Numbered from the stretch's first letter, positions 37,219-47,376 are shown. The stretch: 64,000 nt of DNA from Planctomycetota bacterium (GCA_038227875.1 JBBRPR010000007.1:96001-160000), one strand, 5' to 3'. Notes: generated from the letters alone by a model not told the origin. Program-made: numbers and translations.

Positions 37219-38088
37219 TTACTGTTCCCGCCAGATCAAGGGATGAAATTCGTCGCGGAACTTCTCGCCCTTCTTTGGACGCGGATAGAAGTTGATCTCG
37301 CTGTGCTTCTGAATCGGACCGAGGTAACGCGCTTCTGCTGGAAGAAGATGGGCAATCACCGACAGCCGCGGTTCATTCGTCAGATTCGGACCGGAGCCGT
37401 GAAAGCAGAGCGAATGATGGAAACTCACCTGCCCTTTTTTCAGGATGCAGGGCTCCTCAATCCACACTTTGCCCGGTGGTGTGAACTGGGCGCGCAACGC
37501 GTCCATCTGCGTGTTGTAGAATGCTTCATCCTGGTCGATCAGACCCCAGCGGTGTGAACCCACAACGCTGGACATCCCGCCATTGCTGACGTTGGTGTCC
37601 TGCAATGCAATCCAAGCCGTGCACATTTGCGTGGCCGACGAACATTTCCAGTAGGCGTAGTCCTGATGCCAGCCAATGTTTCCAGCGCTCGAAGCGCCTG
37701 CGGAGCCCTGGCCGGGCTTGACGACGATCTGATCATGCCACAGCCGCACTTCCTGGGTATCCATGAGGACCGCGCCAATTTTTCCCAGCGCCGGATGCGT
37801 GACCATCTTCAGCACCCGGTCATTGATCCACCACGCGGCATCGATTTTCCGAATCGCCGTGGGATCCGCCGGGATCTGCTGTTGCTCCGGTTTCGAGAGA
37901 AACCCGTCGCCGTCGTTGGCGCCGCTCCAGATGCGGTCGAACTCCTTCCGCATCAGCTCGATTTCCGCGTCGTCGAACAGCACCGGGCTGATCCAGTAGC
38001 CCTTCTCCTGGTAGCTGGCAAGATCCCCGGCCGTCATCAGGCCCTCACGAAAGGCCGCCTGCGTCTGAATTTCCGCACTCGTCGTCAT
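37219..38088 (-). CDS. Phytanoyl-CoA dioxygenase (PhyH) family 2OG/Fe(II) oxygenase
   Basis: WHQD, WIAL.D...NG, VVGSH and FHH...HGSGPN...R. Confidence 0.92.
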   Translation of the reverse strand: MTTSAEIQTQAAFREGLMTAGDLASYQEKGYWISPVLFDDAEIELMRKEFDRIWSGANDGDGFLSKPEQQQIPADPTAIRKIDAAWWINDRVLKMVTHPALGKIGAVLMDTQEVRLWHDQIVVKPGQGSAGASSAGNIGWHQDYAYWKCSSATQMCTAWIALQDTNVSNGGMSSVVGSHRWGLIDQDEAFYNTQMDALRAQFTPPGKVWIEEPCILKKGQVSFHHSLCFHGSGPNLTNEPRLSVIAHLLPAEARYLGPIQKHSEINFYPRPKKGEKFRDEFHPLIWREQ

Positions 38089-38178
38089 CGCCTTGCCTCC
38101 AATCCGTTCCGCAGGAAACACAGTACGCTGAAGGTCACCCCATTGTCTTCCAATGTTGTTCATGATACAAAATCATAC

Positions 38179-39078
38179 ATGCCGCGAAACCCGTCCGGAC
38201 CGCGCAAGCCGCGCCACGACCTCCGTCCGCCCTATGAGGCGTGGCATCATCCCCTGCCCGGAATTCCAGAACTGATCACGCTAGGCCGCGATTCGCTGCG
38301 CAAGGTCGTGGACCTCCGGGAACACCGCCATTCCGGCGCCTACGAAATTTGTTACGTCGAGCGCGGAGCCGTGATGTGGTGGGTGGGCGACGAGATTCAC
38401 GAAGTCAAAGGCGGCGACGTCTTCGTGACCTGGCCCGATGAGCGCCACGGCGGCATCGACGATGTACTCCATCCCTGCAAATCGTATTGGATCGAATTCG
38501 ATTTTCCGCGCGTCTACAAACCAGGCTGGCTGGGTCTGCCACGCCGCGAGGGCAAAAGCATTCATGCGGGTTTGAAAAATCTGCCCCGTCGACGTTTTGC
38601 CGGATCGGATGCGATGGCCCGCCTGCTCGATAGCGTGTTCGCGGCGCTCAGCCGCTCCGGCCCGCTCACTGCGGCGAGCGTGCGAGCCAAAGTCGTCACG
38701 CTGCTGGCCGATGTCATCCAGGCGGGAAGAGAGTCTATCGCCGGTGAACCCATCTCGCCACCCGTTGACACCGCGATGAAACTGATGCGTCAGCATCTCG
38801 AAGACCCGCTGCCGGTCCCCGGAATCGCGGAGCGCATTGGCTGGAGCACCTCTCACTTCAAGCGGCAGTTTCGGCGCGAAATGGGTGTGGCACCGGCGGA
38901 ATTTTACCTTCGGCTGCGCCTTGCCGCGGCCCGCAAGCGGATCGAACTGGACGGCAACGCACTCTCCCAGGTGGCGGCGGCGCTGGGCTTCAGTTCCAGT
39001 CAGTACCTCTCCACCTGTTTCCGGCGCGTGACGGGGCGAACGCCATCCAGTTTCCGGAGGCGCCGCGACGATGCCTAA
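38179..39078 (+). CDS. AraC-family regulator
   Basis: HRH..YEICYV cupin; GFSSSQYLSTCFRRVTG.TPS. Divergent from the PhyH gene. Confidence 0.92.
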   Translation: MPRNPSGPRKPRHDLRPPYEAWHHPLPGIPELITLGRDSLRKVVDLREHRHSGAYEICYVERGAVMWWVGDEIHEVKGGDVFVTWPDERHGGIDDVLHPCKSYWIEFDFPRVYKPGWLGLPRREGKSIHAGLKNLPRRRFAGSDAMARLLDSVFAALSRSGPLTAASVRAKVVTLLADVIQAGRESIAGEPISPPVDTAMKLMRQHLEDPLPVPGIAERIGWSTSHFKRQFRREMGVAPAEFYLRLRLAAARKRIELDGNALSQVAAALGFSSSQYLSTCFRRVTGRTPSSFRRRRDDA

Positions 39079-39262
39079 TACTCCCTAATAAGGGGTAAAC
39101 TTAAATCTAGCCGCCAAATACCGTGTCCCGTTCTGTGCTCATTCCGGAAGTTATTATGAGTCAATGCTTTAGAGCGCGCTTTTCAAATTTGGCACAGAGC
39201 GGCAAAATCGTCTGTCTGGATACAGCGTTTTACCCTACTACTAGTAGGAGGTATTCGATACA

Positions 39263-40390
39263 ATGGCCAGCGCATACGGACCGGGACACGTTGAGAGGAC
39301 GGATATGGACGAATTGCTGGGGCCTGACGACCCGGTCGTCGAGCAACAACCAGAGCCGGAAGTTGAGCCGATCATCGATCAGTCGCTGAAGGAAGCGGTG
39401 CGGGTGGAAGTGGCCCACGCACGCTCCAAGGCGATGCTCAAATTCATGGCCGTGCGCGATCGCGCCGCCGAGATCATCGGTGGCACCATTTTTCCGCATA
39501 TCCCGACCGCCTCCCTGGTGATTGCGATTGTGGCCCTCGCGTTGGCGTATCCGTTGGCGCTCTCAGGACTGGGACACGCGTTGGCCGTTATTATTCCCAT
39601 GGCTTTGATCGGCGCCTTACTGGGATTGGTCAGCAGTCAGAGCAACGTGGGCGTGCTGGGCGTGGGGTTGTCCGTGGCGTCCATCGTGCTGGCATTGAGT
39701 TGCGGAATTTACCTGCGGCATGAAGACCAGGTCGGCCGGAACCAACTGATTCACGAAGGCGTCCAGCAGGCGCAGGAAGCTGGCAAGAAGAACGAAGCCG
39801 AAGTGAAAGCTGCCGAAGAGGCACGCCTGAAGGCCGAAGCCGCGGTCGCCGCCAAGGAAGCGGAAGCGAAAGCCATTAAGAAAGCCGAAGAAGATAAGCA
39901 GGCGGCTGAATTCCTGGCGCAACAGAAGGCGGCCGCAGAACTCGTCGCCGCCAAGGAAAAGAAGCGCAAGGACGACGAAGCCGCCGCCAAGCAGCGTGCG
40001 GATGACGAAATCAAACGGAAGAACGCCGCGGACCTGGCCAAGCAGGCGCAGGACATCCGCAAGTCGGAAGACATCGAGAAGGCGAAGACCGCCTTCCGCG
40101 ACAATTCGCTGAAGGCCGAAGAACTCACCGCCGCGCTGGAAAAACTCGAGACCGCCGCGCAGGTCGCCAAGGATCAGAAGGAAAAGAAGTCGATCTTCCT
40201 CGACCGTCGCAACAGCCCTTCGCCGCCGTCGGAAGACGACCTGAGCAAGGCGCAGAAACAGTTCGACGAATGGAAGGCAGAATACACGCGCCTGATGACG
40301 GAAATCCCGAACACCAAGGCGGAACTCGATAAGGTGAACAAGGCCAAGAAACAGGCCTCGGATCTGCTGGATTCGCTCCAGAAGCCGTAA
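39263..40390 (+). CDS. Membrane protein with a long Ala/Lys/Glu coiled coil
   Basis: Three TM helices then a TolA-like low-complexity helix. AGGAGG RBS. Confidence 0.8.
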   Translation: MASAYGPGHVERTDMDELLGPDDPVVEQQPEPEVEPIIDQSLKEAVRVEVAHARSKAMLKFMAVRDRAAEIIGGTIFPHIPTASLVIAIVALALAYPLALSGLGHALAVIIPMALIGALLGLVSSQSNVGVLGVGLSVASIVLALSCGIYLRHEDQVGRNQLIHEGVQQAQEAGKKNEAEVKAAEEARLKAEAAVAAKEAEAKAIKKAEEDKQAAEFLAQQKAAAELVAAKEKKRKDDEAAAKQRADDEIKRKNAADLAKQAQDIRKSEDIEKAKTAFRDNSLKAEELTAALEKLETAAQVAKDQKEKKSIFLDRRNSPSPPSEDDLSKAQKQFDEWKAEYTRLMTEIPNTKAELDKVNKAKKQASDLLDSLQKP

Positions 40391-40408
40391 CGCCATGGAG
40401 TCTCAGCT

Positions 40409-40445
40409 CCAGAAAAGCCCATGGCGCAAGCCGTGGGCTTTTCTG
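40409..40445 (+). terminator. Rho-independent terminator (potentially bidirectional)
   Basis: AGAAAAGCCCATGGC-GCAA-GCCGTGGGCTTTTCT. Confidence 0.85.
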
Positions 40446-40525
40446 TCTGGAATTGAATAAACTTACCCCAGTATTACATTGTAATAATTAAGCGCGATCA
40501 GGCGCTTTCCTGAGGGTAATTTCCC

Positions 40526-41548
40526 ATGCTGAAACTCATTAACGACGACCACGGCAGTCCGGCCAATTCCAACCCGTCTCCCGTGCCCGCTCCACCGTCC
40601 GACGATCACCTGCTCGACGCCTACTCGCGAGCCGTTTCCGGCGCGGCGGAGAAGATCGGGCCGGCGGTGGTCAACATCGAAGTCTACCAGCGCCGCAGCG
40701 GCAAACCCGGCGGCGGAAAAGGAGGCCACGGCAGCGGCTCGGGCTTCATCTTCACACCCGATGGCTTCATCATCACCAACAGTCACGTGGTCCACGACGG
40801 CATCGACATCCAGGTCGGCTTGCAGGACGGGCGGAAGCTCCAGGCCGTGCTCGTCGGCGACGATCCGGAGACCGACACGGCCGTGATCCGCGTCCACGCG
40901 CACAACCTTCCCGCCGCGCCGCTGGGCGATTCGAAAACGCTGCGACCGGGCCAGTTGGTCGTGGCCATCGGCAATCCGTACGGTTTCCAGTTCACCGTGA
41001 CCGCCGGCGTGGTCAGCGCACTGGGCCGTTCGATGCGCTCCAACAGCGGCCGCCTGATGGACAACATCATCCAGACGGACGCCGCGCTCAATCCGGGAAA
41101 CTCCGGCGGCCCGCTGGTCAATTCGCGCGGCGAAGTCATCGGCGTCAACACCGCCGTGATTCTCCCGGCGCAGGGCATCTGCTTCGCCATCCCCATCGAC
41201 ACGGCCAAGCACGTCGCCGCGCTGCTGGTGCGCAACGGCCGCATCCGCCGCGCGTGGCTGGGACTCGGCGGACAGGTCGTGCCGCTCTCGCGACGCACGA
41301 TCCGCCTGCACGACCTGACTGTGGAAACTGGCGTGCTGGTGCTCTCGGTCGACAACGTCAGTCCGTCGGCCGCCGCTGGTCTGGAGGAAGGCGACCTGGT
41401 CGTCGGCTTCAACGCGCAGCCCGTCGCCGATATCGATCAACTCCACAAACACCTGACCGAAAGCGCGATCGGATTGAAGTCCCAACTGACCGTAATCCGC
41501 CGCGCCGAGAAGCTGACTGTGGAGATTACGCCGATCGAGTCGAAGTAA
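40526..41548 (+). CDS. HtrA/DegP-like trypsin protease with one PDZ domain, no signal peptide
   Basis: GSGSGF, TNSHV, DTAV and IQTDAALNPGNSGGPL. Confidence 0.93.
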   Translation: MLKLINDDHGSPANSNPSPVPAPPSDDHLLDAYSRAVSGAAEKIGPAVVNIEVYQRRSGKPGGGKGGHGSGSGFIFTPDGFIITNSHVVHDGIDIQVGLQDGRKLQAVLVGDDPETDTAVIRVHAHNLPAAPLGDSKTLRPGQLVVAIGNPYGFQFTVTAGVVSALGRSMRSNSGRLMDNIIQTDAALNPGNSGGPLVNSRGEVIGVNTAVILPAQGICFAIPIDTAKHVAALLVRNGRIRRAWLGLGGQVVPLSRRTIRLHDLTVETGVLVLSVDNVSPSAAAGLEEGDLVVGFNAQPVADIDQLHKHLTESAIGLKSQLTVIRRAEKLTVEITPIESK

Positions 41549-41551
41549 GCA

Positions 41552-42013
41552 TTACTTATCCTCTGCCGCCGGAGCCTTTGAAACCGGCGGCAGTTCACCG
41601 GTCCACACCACGACCGACGTGGAGTCTGTCTTGAACTTGGCCAACTCTTCTTTCGTGCAGAAGAACACCGACGCAGAGGTATCAGTTCCCGTTTTCACTG
41701 CAGGACGCCAGAGCGCCACGCAAGCCGCTTCGCTCTTGATGCGATTGAGAATGTCAACCAGTCGCGAGCCCCCCATTCCGAGTTGCAGTGGATGATCGCC
41801 AATAGCTTTGGAACAGGTCAACCGAACCTCCCATTGATTCTTTCGCACGATGCGACCCAGCACTTCGCCCACGGTTTTCGTCTCCGGATTGAATGCAAAC
41901 ACTTCTCCGAGATTCACTTTGACATCCAACAGCTGAGCGTCCGCTTCGCCTGTCGGAAATTCTTCGAACAACGCGCGCACGTCTTCGACCTTTGGCATAA
42001 TTTTCACGCCCAC
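41552..42013 (-). CDS. Hypothetical protein, possibly the frameshifted 3' half of the upstream gene
   Basis: Overlaps the end of 42004-42540 and lacks a clear RBS. Confidence 0.5.
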   Translation of the reverse strand: MGVKIMPKVEDVRALFEEFPTGEADAQLLDVKVNLGEVFAFNPETKTVGEVLGRIVRKNQWEVRLTCSKAIGDHPLQLGMGGSRLVDILNRIKSEAACVALWRPAVKTGTDTSASVFFCTKEELAKFKTDSTSVVVWTGELPPVSKAPAAEDK

Positions 42014-42540
42014 CAGGGCCAGACGCTCCGCGGAATCTTGTCGAATTTCCCAGACTCAATGCTGTAGGCACGATCATCGGTCCAGATCAACTTGTAGCCG
42101 TAGTCGGTGGAGGTGCTCGTATCGGGAATATATTTGGCTGTGCCTGCGTCGATGGCCGCGAACCGCGCCGGCGTGGCGAATAAAATCGCACCGTTTAGCA
42201 CGCGGTAGTCCAGCTTTGTGGCGTCCTTCATTTTGCGCAACGCTTCGCCGATGGTCACGTTCTCGACAGCAAGTGTGACCTCCACTGCGCTGTCTTCCTG
42301 CGCCACAGTCATGGGTATGCCGGTTGTGCGACTAAAGAATTCCACAGCGTCGCCCATGCGGGTCGCCAGTCGCAGCTTGATTCTCGAGAGCAGTATTTCG
42401 GCTGTGGCATTCACTACTTTGGCTGGCGGATGTCCACTTTCGCCGTCGGTCGTTTTGCCCGCATCCACTTTTTCCGCAGTCAGGCCTTGCAGCATGGTCA
42501 GAGCAGCCATTGCTGCGGCACACATCATTCCTGCTTTCAT
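42004..42540 (-). CDS. Secreted protein with STN-like (secretin/TonB N-terminal) domain
   Basis: AAGGAGG RBS, signal peptide and VTLAVENVTIGEAL...LDYRVLNGAI. Confidence 0.65.
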   Translation of the reverse strand: MKAGMMCAAAMAALTMLQGLTAEKVDAGKTTDGESGHPPAKVVNATAEILLSRIKLRLATRMGDAVEFFSRTTGIPMTVAQEDSAVEVTLAVENVTIGEALRKMKDATKLDYRVLNGAILFATPARFAAIDAGTAKYIPDTSTSTDYGYKLIWTDDRAYSIESGKFDKIPRSVWPWWA

Positions 42541-42559
42541 GTCGCCTCCTTGATTGCGA

Positions 42560-43672
42560 TTAGAATTCCGAATCCTTGCGCGGGGCCGACTTCTTTCCGG
42601 GCGGCAGTTCAAAGAGCACAGCGCCATTCATCACACGCATTTTCAGCTGCATCCGTTCTGCCAGTCTGCTCAGCAATTCCGCCGCGGTCACGTCGTCTAC
42701 GTGGAAGGAAATCAGTTCGCTGCCCATCGCCGCTTCAACATCAGAAGAGAGGCGAATGTTTACGCCCAGGGATTGCTGCAACGCGGTGGTAATCTCAGAC
42801 AGGGATTTGTGTTCAAACGTGCAACTCGCCGGCTTCAACAGGCTTCCGGATCCAGCGTCCAGCGGGGCGGCCTTGCGCACGGGCGAACGGTTCAACTTTT
42901 TCACTACTGCCGGAGTGATCAGCGTTTCATCGAGCAGTGCGAATCCGTCGAGTTGAATCGTGGCCGTGCCGCCGTTCTGCGCCTCAAAATAGGCGTATTC
43001 ATTATTCTGGGCGTTCTCCGCCACCACGGTGAAATAGTGCACCGGCCGCCGCTCGCCATTGATCTGATCCAGTTGGACGGCATGTTCAGGACTTGCCGAG
43101 ACGGAAAGCGTGCCGCTCCACAGTTCAATTCGCAACGGTTCGTCGCTGGTACCCAGGCGGATCAGCGTCCCCGGCGCAAGGGATACCCAGCGCTTGGAAG
43201 ACAGATAGATCTCGTTGAATGTCGTTGCTGACGCATTCTGAATCCAGTCGCCCGCGAAGCATTTCCCCCCGGGCAGCATGCGCGTCCAGGTTTCTCCGGT
43301 TCCGCGCCGGAACAAAGCGGGCGATTCAGAGTCCGCGGTACCCATCACCACCGCGTCGCCGTCTGCCGCCGCGATCTTCTGTGACGGATGGCGCGGCGTG
43401 ACCTGGGGCGTACCGCTCCAAGCCAGCGCGAGCCCCAACATTCCCGCCATCAACCCCGCTACGAGTGCTGACGGCCAGTGGCTTACCGGCTTTTGCGATT
43501 TGAAATCGGAAACAAATGCCTTGACTGGCGCGGTTCTTTGACCGGCGGCGCGGATCTTTTTCAAGCGCTCGGAGGCCGTCACGGGCACTCCTCCTTCGCG
43601 CACCCAGATCCCAGCCGCGGCTTCCAGTGCGCGCACATCCCCGGCTCCCAGGCCGATGTCGTCGTCGCTCAT
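42560..43672 (-). CDS. Probable anti-sigma factor (single TM, FecR-like periplasmic part, C-terminal STN-like domain)
   Basis: ATGA-coupled to the ECF sigma gene, one TM, ISFHVDDVTAAELL...LKMRVMNGAV. Confidence 0.7.
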   Translation of the reverse strand: MSDDDIGLGAGDVRALEAAAGIWVREGGVPVTASERLKKIRAAGQRTAPVKAFVSDFKSQKPVSHWPSALVAGLMAGMLGLALAWSGTPQVTPRHPSQKIAAADGDAVVMGTADSESPALFRRGTGETWTRMLPGGKCFAGDWIQNASATTFNEIYLSSKRWVSLAPGTLIRLGTSDEPLRIELWSGTLSVSASPEHAVQLDQINGERRPVHYFTVVAENAQNNEYAYFEAQNGGTATIQLDGFALLDETLITPAVVKKLNRSPVRKAAPLDAGSGSLLKPASCTFEHKSLSEITTALQQSLGVNIRLSSDVEAAMGSELISFHVDDVTAAELLSRLAERMQLKMRVMNGAVLFELPPGKKSAPRKDSEF

Positions 43673-44256
43673 GATGGATCCTCTTCAGTCAGCACGGCGC
43701 GAATCGCGTGAACGGCGCGAAAGATTCGCGAGCGCACGGTGCCCGCGCGCTGGCCAACGATGCGGCCAATCTCACCACACTCCAAATGGTGGAAAAATCG
43801 CAACACAATGATCTCTCGCAGGTCTGGCGGCAAACGGTCCAGCGCAGCGGCAATGCGGCCCAGATCTTCCTGGGCGATTAGCGCGTCTGACGGAAGCGCC
43901 GTGGCCTGGGTTTCCTCGTCGCGCGGCGCGTACTCTTCGCGGACGCGGTGTTTGCGCAGCAAGCTCAATCCCGTATTGCGCGCAATGCACAGCAACCACG
44001 TGTCGAAGACGTCCGCTGAGTGCGCGAATTCGGGAAGCTTTTGCACCATCCGCATCAGCGCATCCTGCGTGACATCCTCAGCCCAATCCGGGCGCCTAAC
44101 GATGGCTCGAGCCAACGCGTAGACGCGCGGCTGCATGCGCTCGATCAAGGCCTCCAACGCAGGCTCATCGCCGCGCAGAGCCGCCGCGATCAGCGTGCGC
44201 AACTTCGCGTCGTGCGTTGAGGATGTAGACCGAGGGATGTCCATGACGTGTGCCAT
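43669..44256 (-). CDS. ECF RNA polymerase sigma factor
   Basis: AEDVTQDA, TWLLCIARN and LP...REIIVLRF...EIG...GTVRSRI. Confidence 0.93.
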   Translation of the reverse strand: MAHVMDIPRSTSSTHDAKLRTLIAAALRGDEPALEALIERMQPRVYALARAIVRRPDWAEDVTQDALMRMVQKLPEFAHSADVFDTWLLCIARNTGLSLLRKHRVREEYAPRDEETQATALPSDALIAQEDLGRIAAALDRLPPDLREIIVLRFFHHLECGEIGRIVGQRAGTVRSRIFRAVHAIRAVLTEEDPS

Positions 44257-44266
44257 CGTAGAGGAA

Positions 44267-44292
44267 TACGCGGCGGAGTGGCACGCGTTACA
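44267..44292 (-). promoter_or_regulatory. Candidate ECF autoregulatory promoter
   Basis: TGTAAC-N16-CGTA on the - strand, 10 nt before the sigma ATG. Matches the general ECF AAC/CGT pattern. Confidence 0.55.
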
Positions 44293-44313
44293 GATTCTGA
44301 AGAAAAATCCGCG

Positions 44314-44676
44314 CTACTTCGCTGGCGATGTCAACGTTTCAACGGGCGCAGCCTCGTCCGCCTCCACATGCCAGAACGTCATCACCAACCCACCGGCGAT
44401 GATCAGTGCTCCGCCGGCGAGCATCGGCGTCTTGATTTTCTCGTGGAAGAAGAAGTACGAGATCAATTGCGCGACGACGAAGAAGACGGCGATGTAGACA
44501 CCCATCAGGCGGCTCATTTCCCACTTCGGCACGTTGACGACCAGCCCGTACGAAAAGAGCACGATCGCGCCGAGCACAAAGCCGAGCGTCTTCCCCTGCT
44601 GCACGCCCCAACGGACCAGCGAATCGCCGCCCACTTCCAGCACGGCCGCCACCACAAGAATGAACATTTCGCGCAT
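44314..44676 (-). CDS. Small 4-TM protein, SMR/YnfA-like
   Basis: AAVLEVGGD, YG and R.MGVYIAVF motifs. Confidence 0.75.
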   Translation of the reverse strand: MREMFILVVAAVLEVGGDSLVRWGVQQGKTLGFVLGAIVLFSYGLVVNVPKWEMSRLMGVYIAVFFVVAQLISYFFFHEKIKTPMLAGGALIIAGGLVMTFWHVEADEAAPVETLTSPAK

Positions 44677-45000
44677 GACGCATCGACCCTCAAGATTGGA
44701 GATTCGGGTCAGCGTAGAGGATGCGACGACGGACGCAAATCGGTCTAGGTTACTGCGACACCTGCCGCGACGATAATTAGATGCGGCGAGAAATGCCCCG
44801 TGGGTCCTGGCAACGGAAGCGGAAATACCGCGTGACACCCGTTTTGGGACCCACTTGGGAAAAGATTCGTCGGGGGTTCCCGGCCCCCGCCCTTTTCGCC
44901 CTTGCTTCGTGCGCAAATTCTGCAACCTTTACGTTCTTCAGCGCTTCTTTTACACTGCTCGCTTCAAGGCCCAGTTTCCGCGTTGGTTTGGAGATCTCGA

Positions 45001-46158
45001 ATGTCCACATCTGTACGAGTCCTGATTGGAGCGATTGTCGTCGGTCTCGGCTTAATCCTGGCGTCCTGCAGTTCCCCCGGAACGCCGGCGAAGGCCAACG
45101 AAAACGAAGCGCTGATCGGCGCGAATCTGGAACTCTCCGGCGAGTCTGCGCCGTGGGGGCAGGATTCCAAGAATGGCATCGAACTGGCGCTGAAGGAAGT
45201 CAACGCCAACCCGCAGCAACGTGTGAAACTGAAAGTCATTTTCGAAGATGACAAATCCGAACCGGCTGCTTCCAAGAATGCGATGAAGAAACTGATCACG
45301 CAAGACGGTGTCATCGCGGTGATCGGCGCGGTCGGCTCCAACCGGACGCTGGCGGCCTGCGACGTGGCCAAGGAAGAGAAAGTTCCGCTGATGACCCACG
45401 CGTCGACCAATGTGACGATTACCGAAAAGGGAGGCGAGTACGTCTCGCAGATCTGCTTCGACGACAATTTTCAAGGCTCCGTGATGGCCAAGTTCGCGCG
45501 CAACAGCCTGAAGGCCGATACTGCCGTGATCATGGTCTCCAAAGGCAACGCCTACTCCGAAGGCCTTGCCGATTCCTTCCGCAAGACGTTCACGGGACTC
45601 GGTGGCAAGATCGTCGATGAACTGGCGTATCAGAAAGGCACGCAGGATTTCAAAACCCACGTCACGACGTTGAAGCAGCAAAACCCGGCGGTGGTGTGGC
45701 TCCCGGGGTACTTCAACGAAGTCGGATTGATCGTAAAGCAGGCGCGCGAAGCCGGATTCCAGGCGCCGTTCCTCGGCGGCGACGGTTGGGACGACAAGGA
45801 ACTCTTCCGCCTCGCCGGCGTCGCGATCAAGGGCAACTACGTCTGCAATCACTTCGATCCGGGCGATCCCAATCCGGTCGTGCAGGATTTCGTGAAGAAG
45901 TACGAGCAGGCCTACAAGACCAAGCCCGGCGCGATGGCTGCGCTGGGTTACGACGCGCTCTTTGCCATGGCCGACGCCGCCAACCGCGCCTCACCGCTGA
46001 CGCCCGAAGGGATGAAGAACGCGATCAATTCCATGAAGGGCGTCAAAGGCGTCTGCGGCACGATCACCATGGAAGCCAACCGCGAAACGATCAAGGACGC
46101 CGTGGTGCTCGAGACCGATGAGAAGGACTTCAAGTACAAGGAAACGATTAAGCCTTAG
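45001..46158 (+). CDS. livK: Branched-chain amino acid ABC transporter substrate-binding lipoprotein
   Basis: Lipobox LAS-C, ELSG, EDDKS, GGDGW and ALGYDA. Confidence 0.9.
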   Translation: MSTSVRVLIGAIVVGLGLILASCSSPGTPAKANENEALIGANLELSGESAPWGQDSKNGIELALKEVNANPQQRVKLKVIFEDDKSEPAASKNAMKKLITQDGVIAVIGAVGSNRTLAACDVAKEEKVPLMTHASTNVTITEKGGEYVSQICFDDNFQGSVMAKFARNSLKADTAVIMVSKGNAYSEGLADSFRKTFTGLGGKIVDELAYQKGTQDFKTHVTTLKQQNPAVVWLPGYFNEVGLIVKQAREAGFQAPFLGGDGWDDKELFRLAGVAIKGNYVCNHFDPGDPNPVVQDFVKKYEQAYKTKPGAMAALGYDALFAMADAANRASPLTPEGMKNAINSMKGVKGVCGTITMEANRETIKDAVVLETDEKDFKYKETIKP

Positions 46159-46190
46159 CAGCCCGTTGATAAGCCCCTGTACTGCGCCGC

Positions 46191-46216
46191 GAAACGCCTT
46201 TACTGCCAGGCGTTTC
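46191..46216 (+). other. Intercistronic stem-loop after the substrate-binding gene
   Basis: GAAACGCCT-N8-AGGCGTTTC with no U tract. Confidence 0.55.
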
Positions 46217-46260
46217 ACGGAGAAATTCGGCGGAATTGACTTTTTTCAACGGGCTGTTAG

Positions 46261-47376
46261 ATGCTGCAATTCATCAACTATCTTCTCAACGGCCTGTCGC
46301 TGGGCTGCATCTACGCCTTGATCGCCGTCGGCTACACCATGGTCTACGGCATCATCAAGTTGATCAACTTCGCGCACGGCGAGTTCTACATGTTCGGCGC
46401 GTTCGTCGGCTACTTCGCGCTGATCGCCATGGGCGGCGACGCCAACGGACATGACCTCGGCCTGCTGGCGCTGCTTGGCGCGATGATCGTCGGCGGACTT
46501 GGCACCGGTATGCTCGCGCTGATCGTTGAGCGGATCGTTTACCGTCCACTGCGCAAATCCGGGCGCATCGTGGCGCTGCTGGCGGCGCTGGGCGTCTCGC
46601 TGTTCCTCCAGAACAGCGCGCAACAGACAGTAGGGGCAAAGGACCGCACCTTCGTTCACACAATTACCAGCGAACGCTACCCGCGCTGGGCGCTCAAGCC
46701 CGAGGACCTGCACGAACACCAGGTCGCCGAAAGCGACATTGCCGTCGTTTATTCGCGGCCAGTGGAAGACGGACGGATCACGCTGGTCGAGAACATCGCT
46801 ACGCGCGGCAACACGATTGAAAAGGCCGACGTCGAACGCATGAACGCTATCTTGAAAGCGGATCAGTCCGGCGCGACGGTCTACGGTTACCCGGCGATCA
46901 CGGTCTCCAACGCGCAAGGCTTGATCGTCATGGTGCTGATCATGACCACGATGGCGCTCTACGTTCTGGTCCAGCGGACGCGCTTCGGCCGCGCGATGCG
47001 CGCCGTCTCGCACGATTTCGAAGCGGCGTCGCTGATGGGCATCAACGTCGACCGCGTCGTGGCCGGAACGTTTTTCGTCGGCGCGGTCGTGGCGGGATTT
47101 GGCGGCACGCTGGCCGGCGGGATGTACTACAACCAGATCGGTCCGCTCATGGGATTGATGCCAGGCCTGAAAGCGTTCGTCGCGGCCGTCTTCGGTGGGA
47201 TCGGCAGCATTCCCGGCGCGCTACTGGGCGGCGTGCTGCTGGGAATTTCGGAGAAGCTGGTCGAAGCCTACTTCTCGTCGCTCTACTCCGATGCGTTTAC
47301 GTTTACGATTCTGATTCTGGTGCTGCTCTTCCGGCCCAGCGGTCTGCTCGGTCGGCCGGGAACGGACAAGGTCTAG
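46261..47376 (+). CDS. livH: BCAA ABC permease with an enlarged extracytoplasmic loop
   Basis: GYTMVYGIIKLINFAHGE, GRAMRA and GGIGSIPGA. Confidence 0.93.
   Translation: MLQFINYLLNGLSLGCIYALIAVGYTMVYGIIKLINFAHGEFYMFGAFVGYFALIAMGGDANGHDLGLLALLGAMIVGGLGTGMLALIVERIVYRPLRKSGRIVALLAALGVSLFLQNSAQQTVGAKDRTFVHTITSERYPRWALKPEDLHEHQVAESDIAVVYSRPVEDGRITLVENIATRGNTIEKADVERMNAILKADQSGATVYGYPAITVSNAQGLIVMVLIMTTMALYVLVQRTRFGRAMRAVSHDFEAASLMGINVDRVVAGTFFVGAVVAGFGGTLAGGMYYNQIGPLMGLMPGLKAFVAAVFGGIGSIPGALLGGVLLGISEKLVEAYFSSLYSDAFTFTILILVLLFRPSGLLGRPGTDKV

Noticed and set aside
39190..39206. TGGCAC as a second sigma54 promoter
   Set aside because: No GC at the required -12 spacing.
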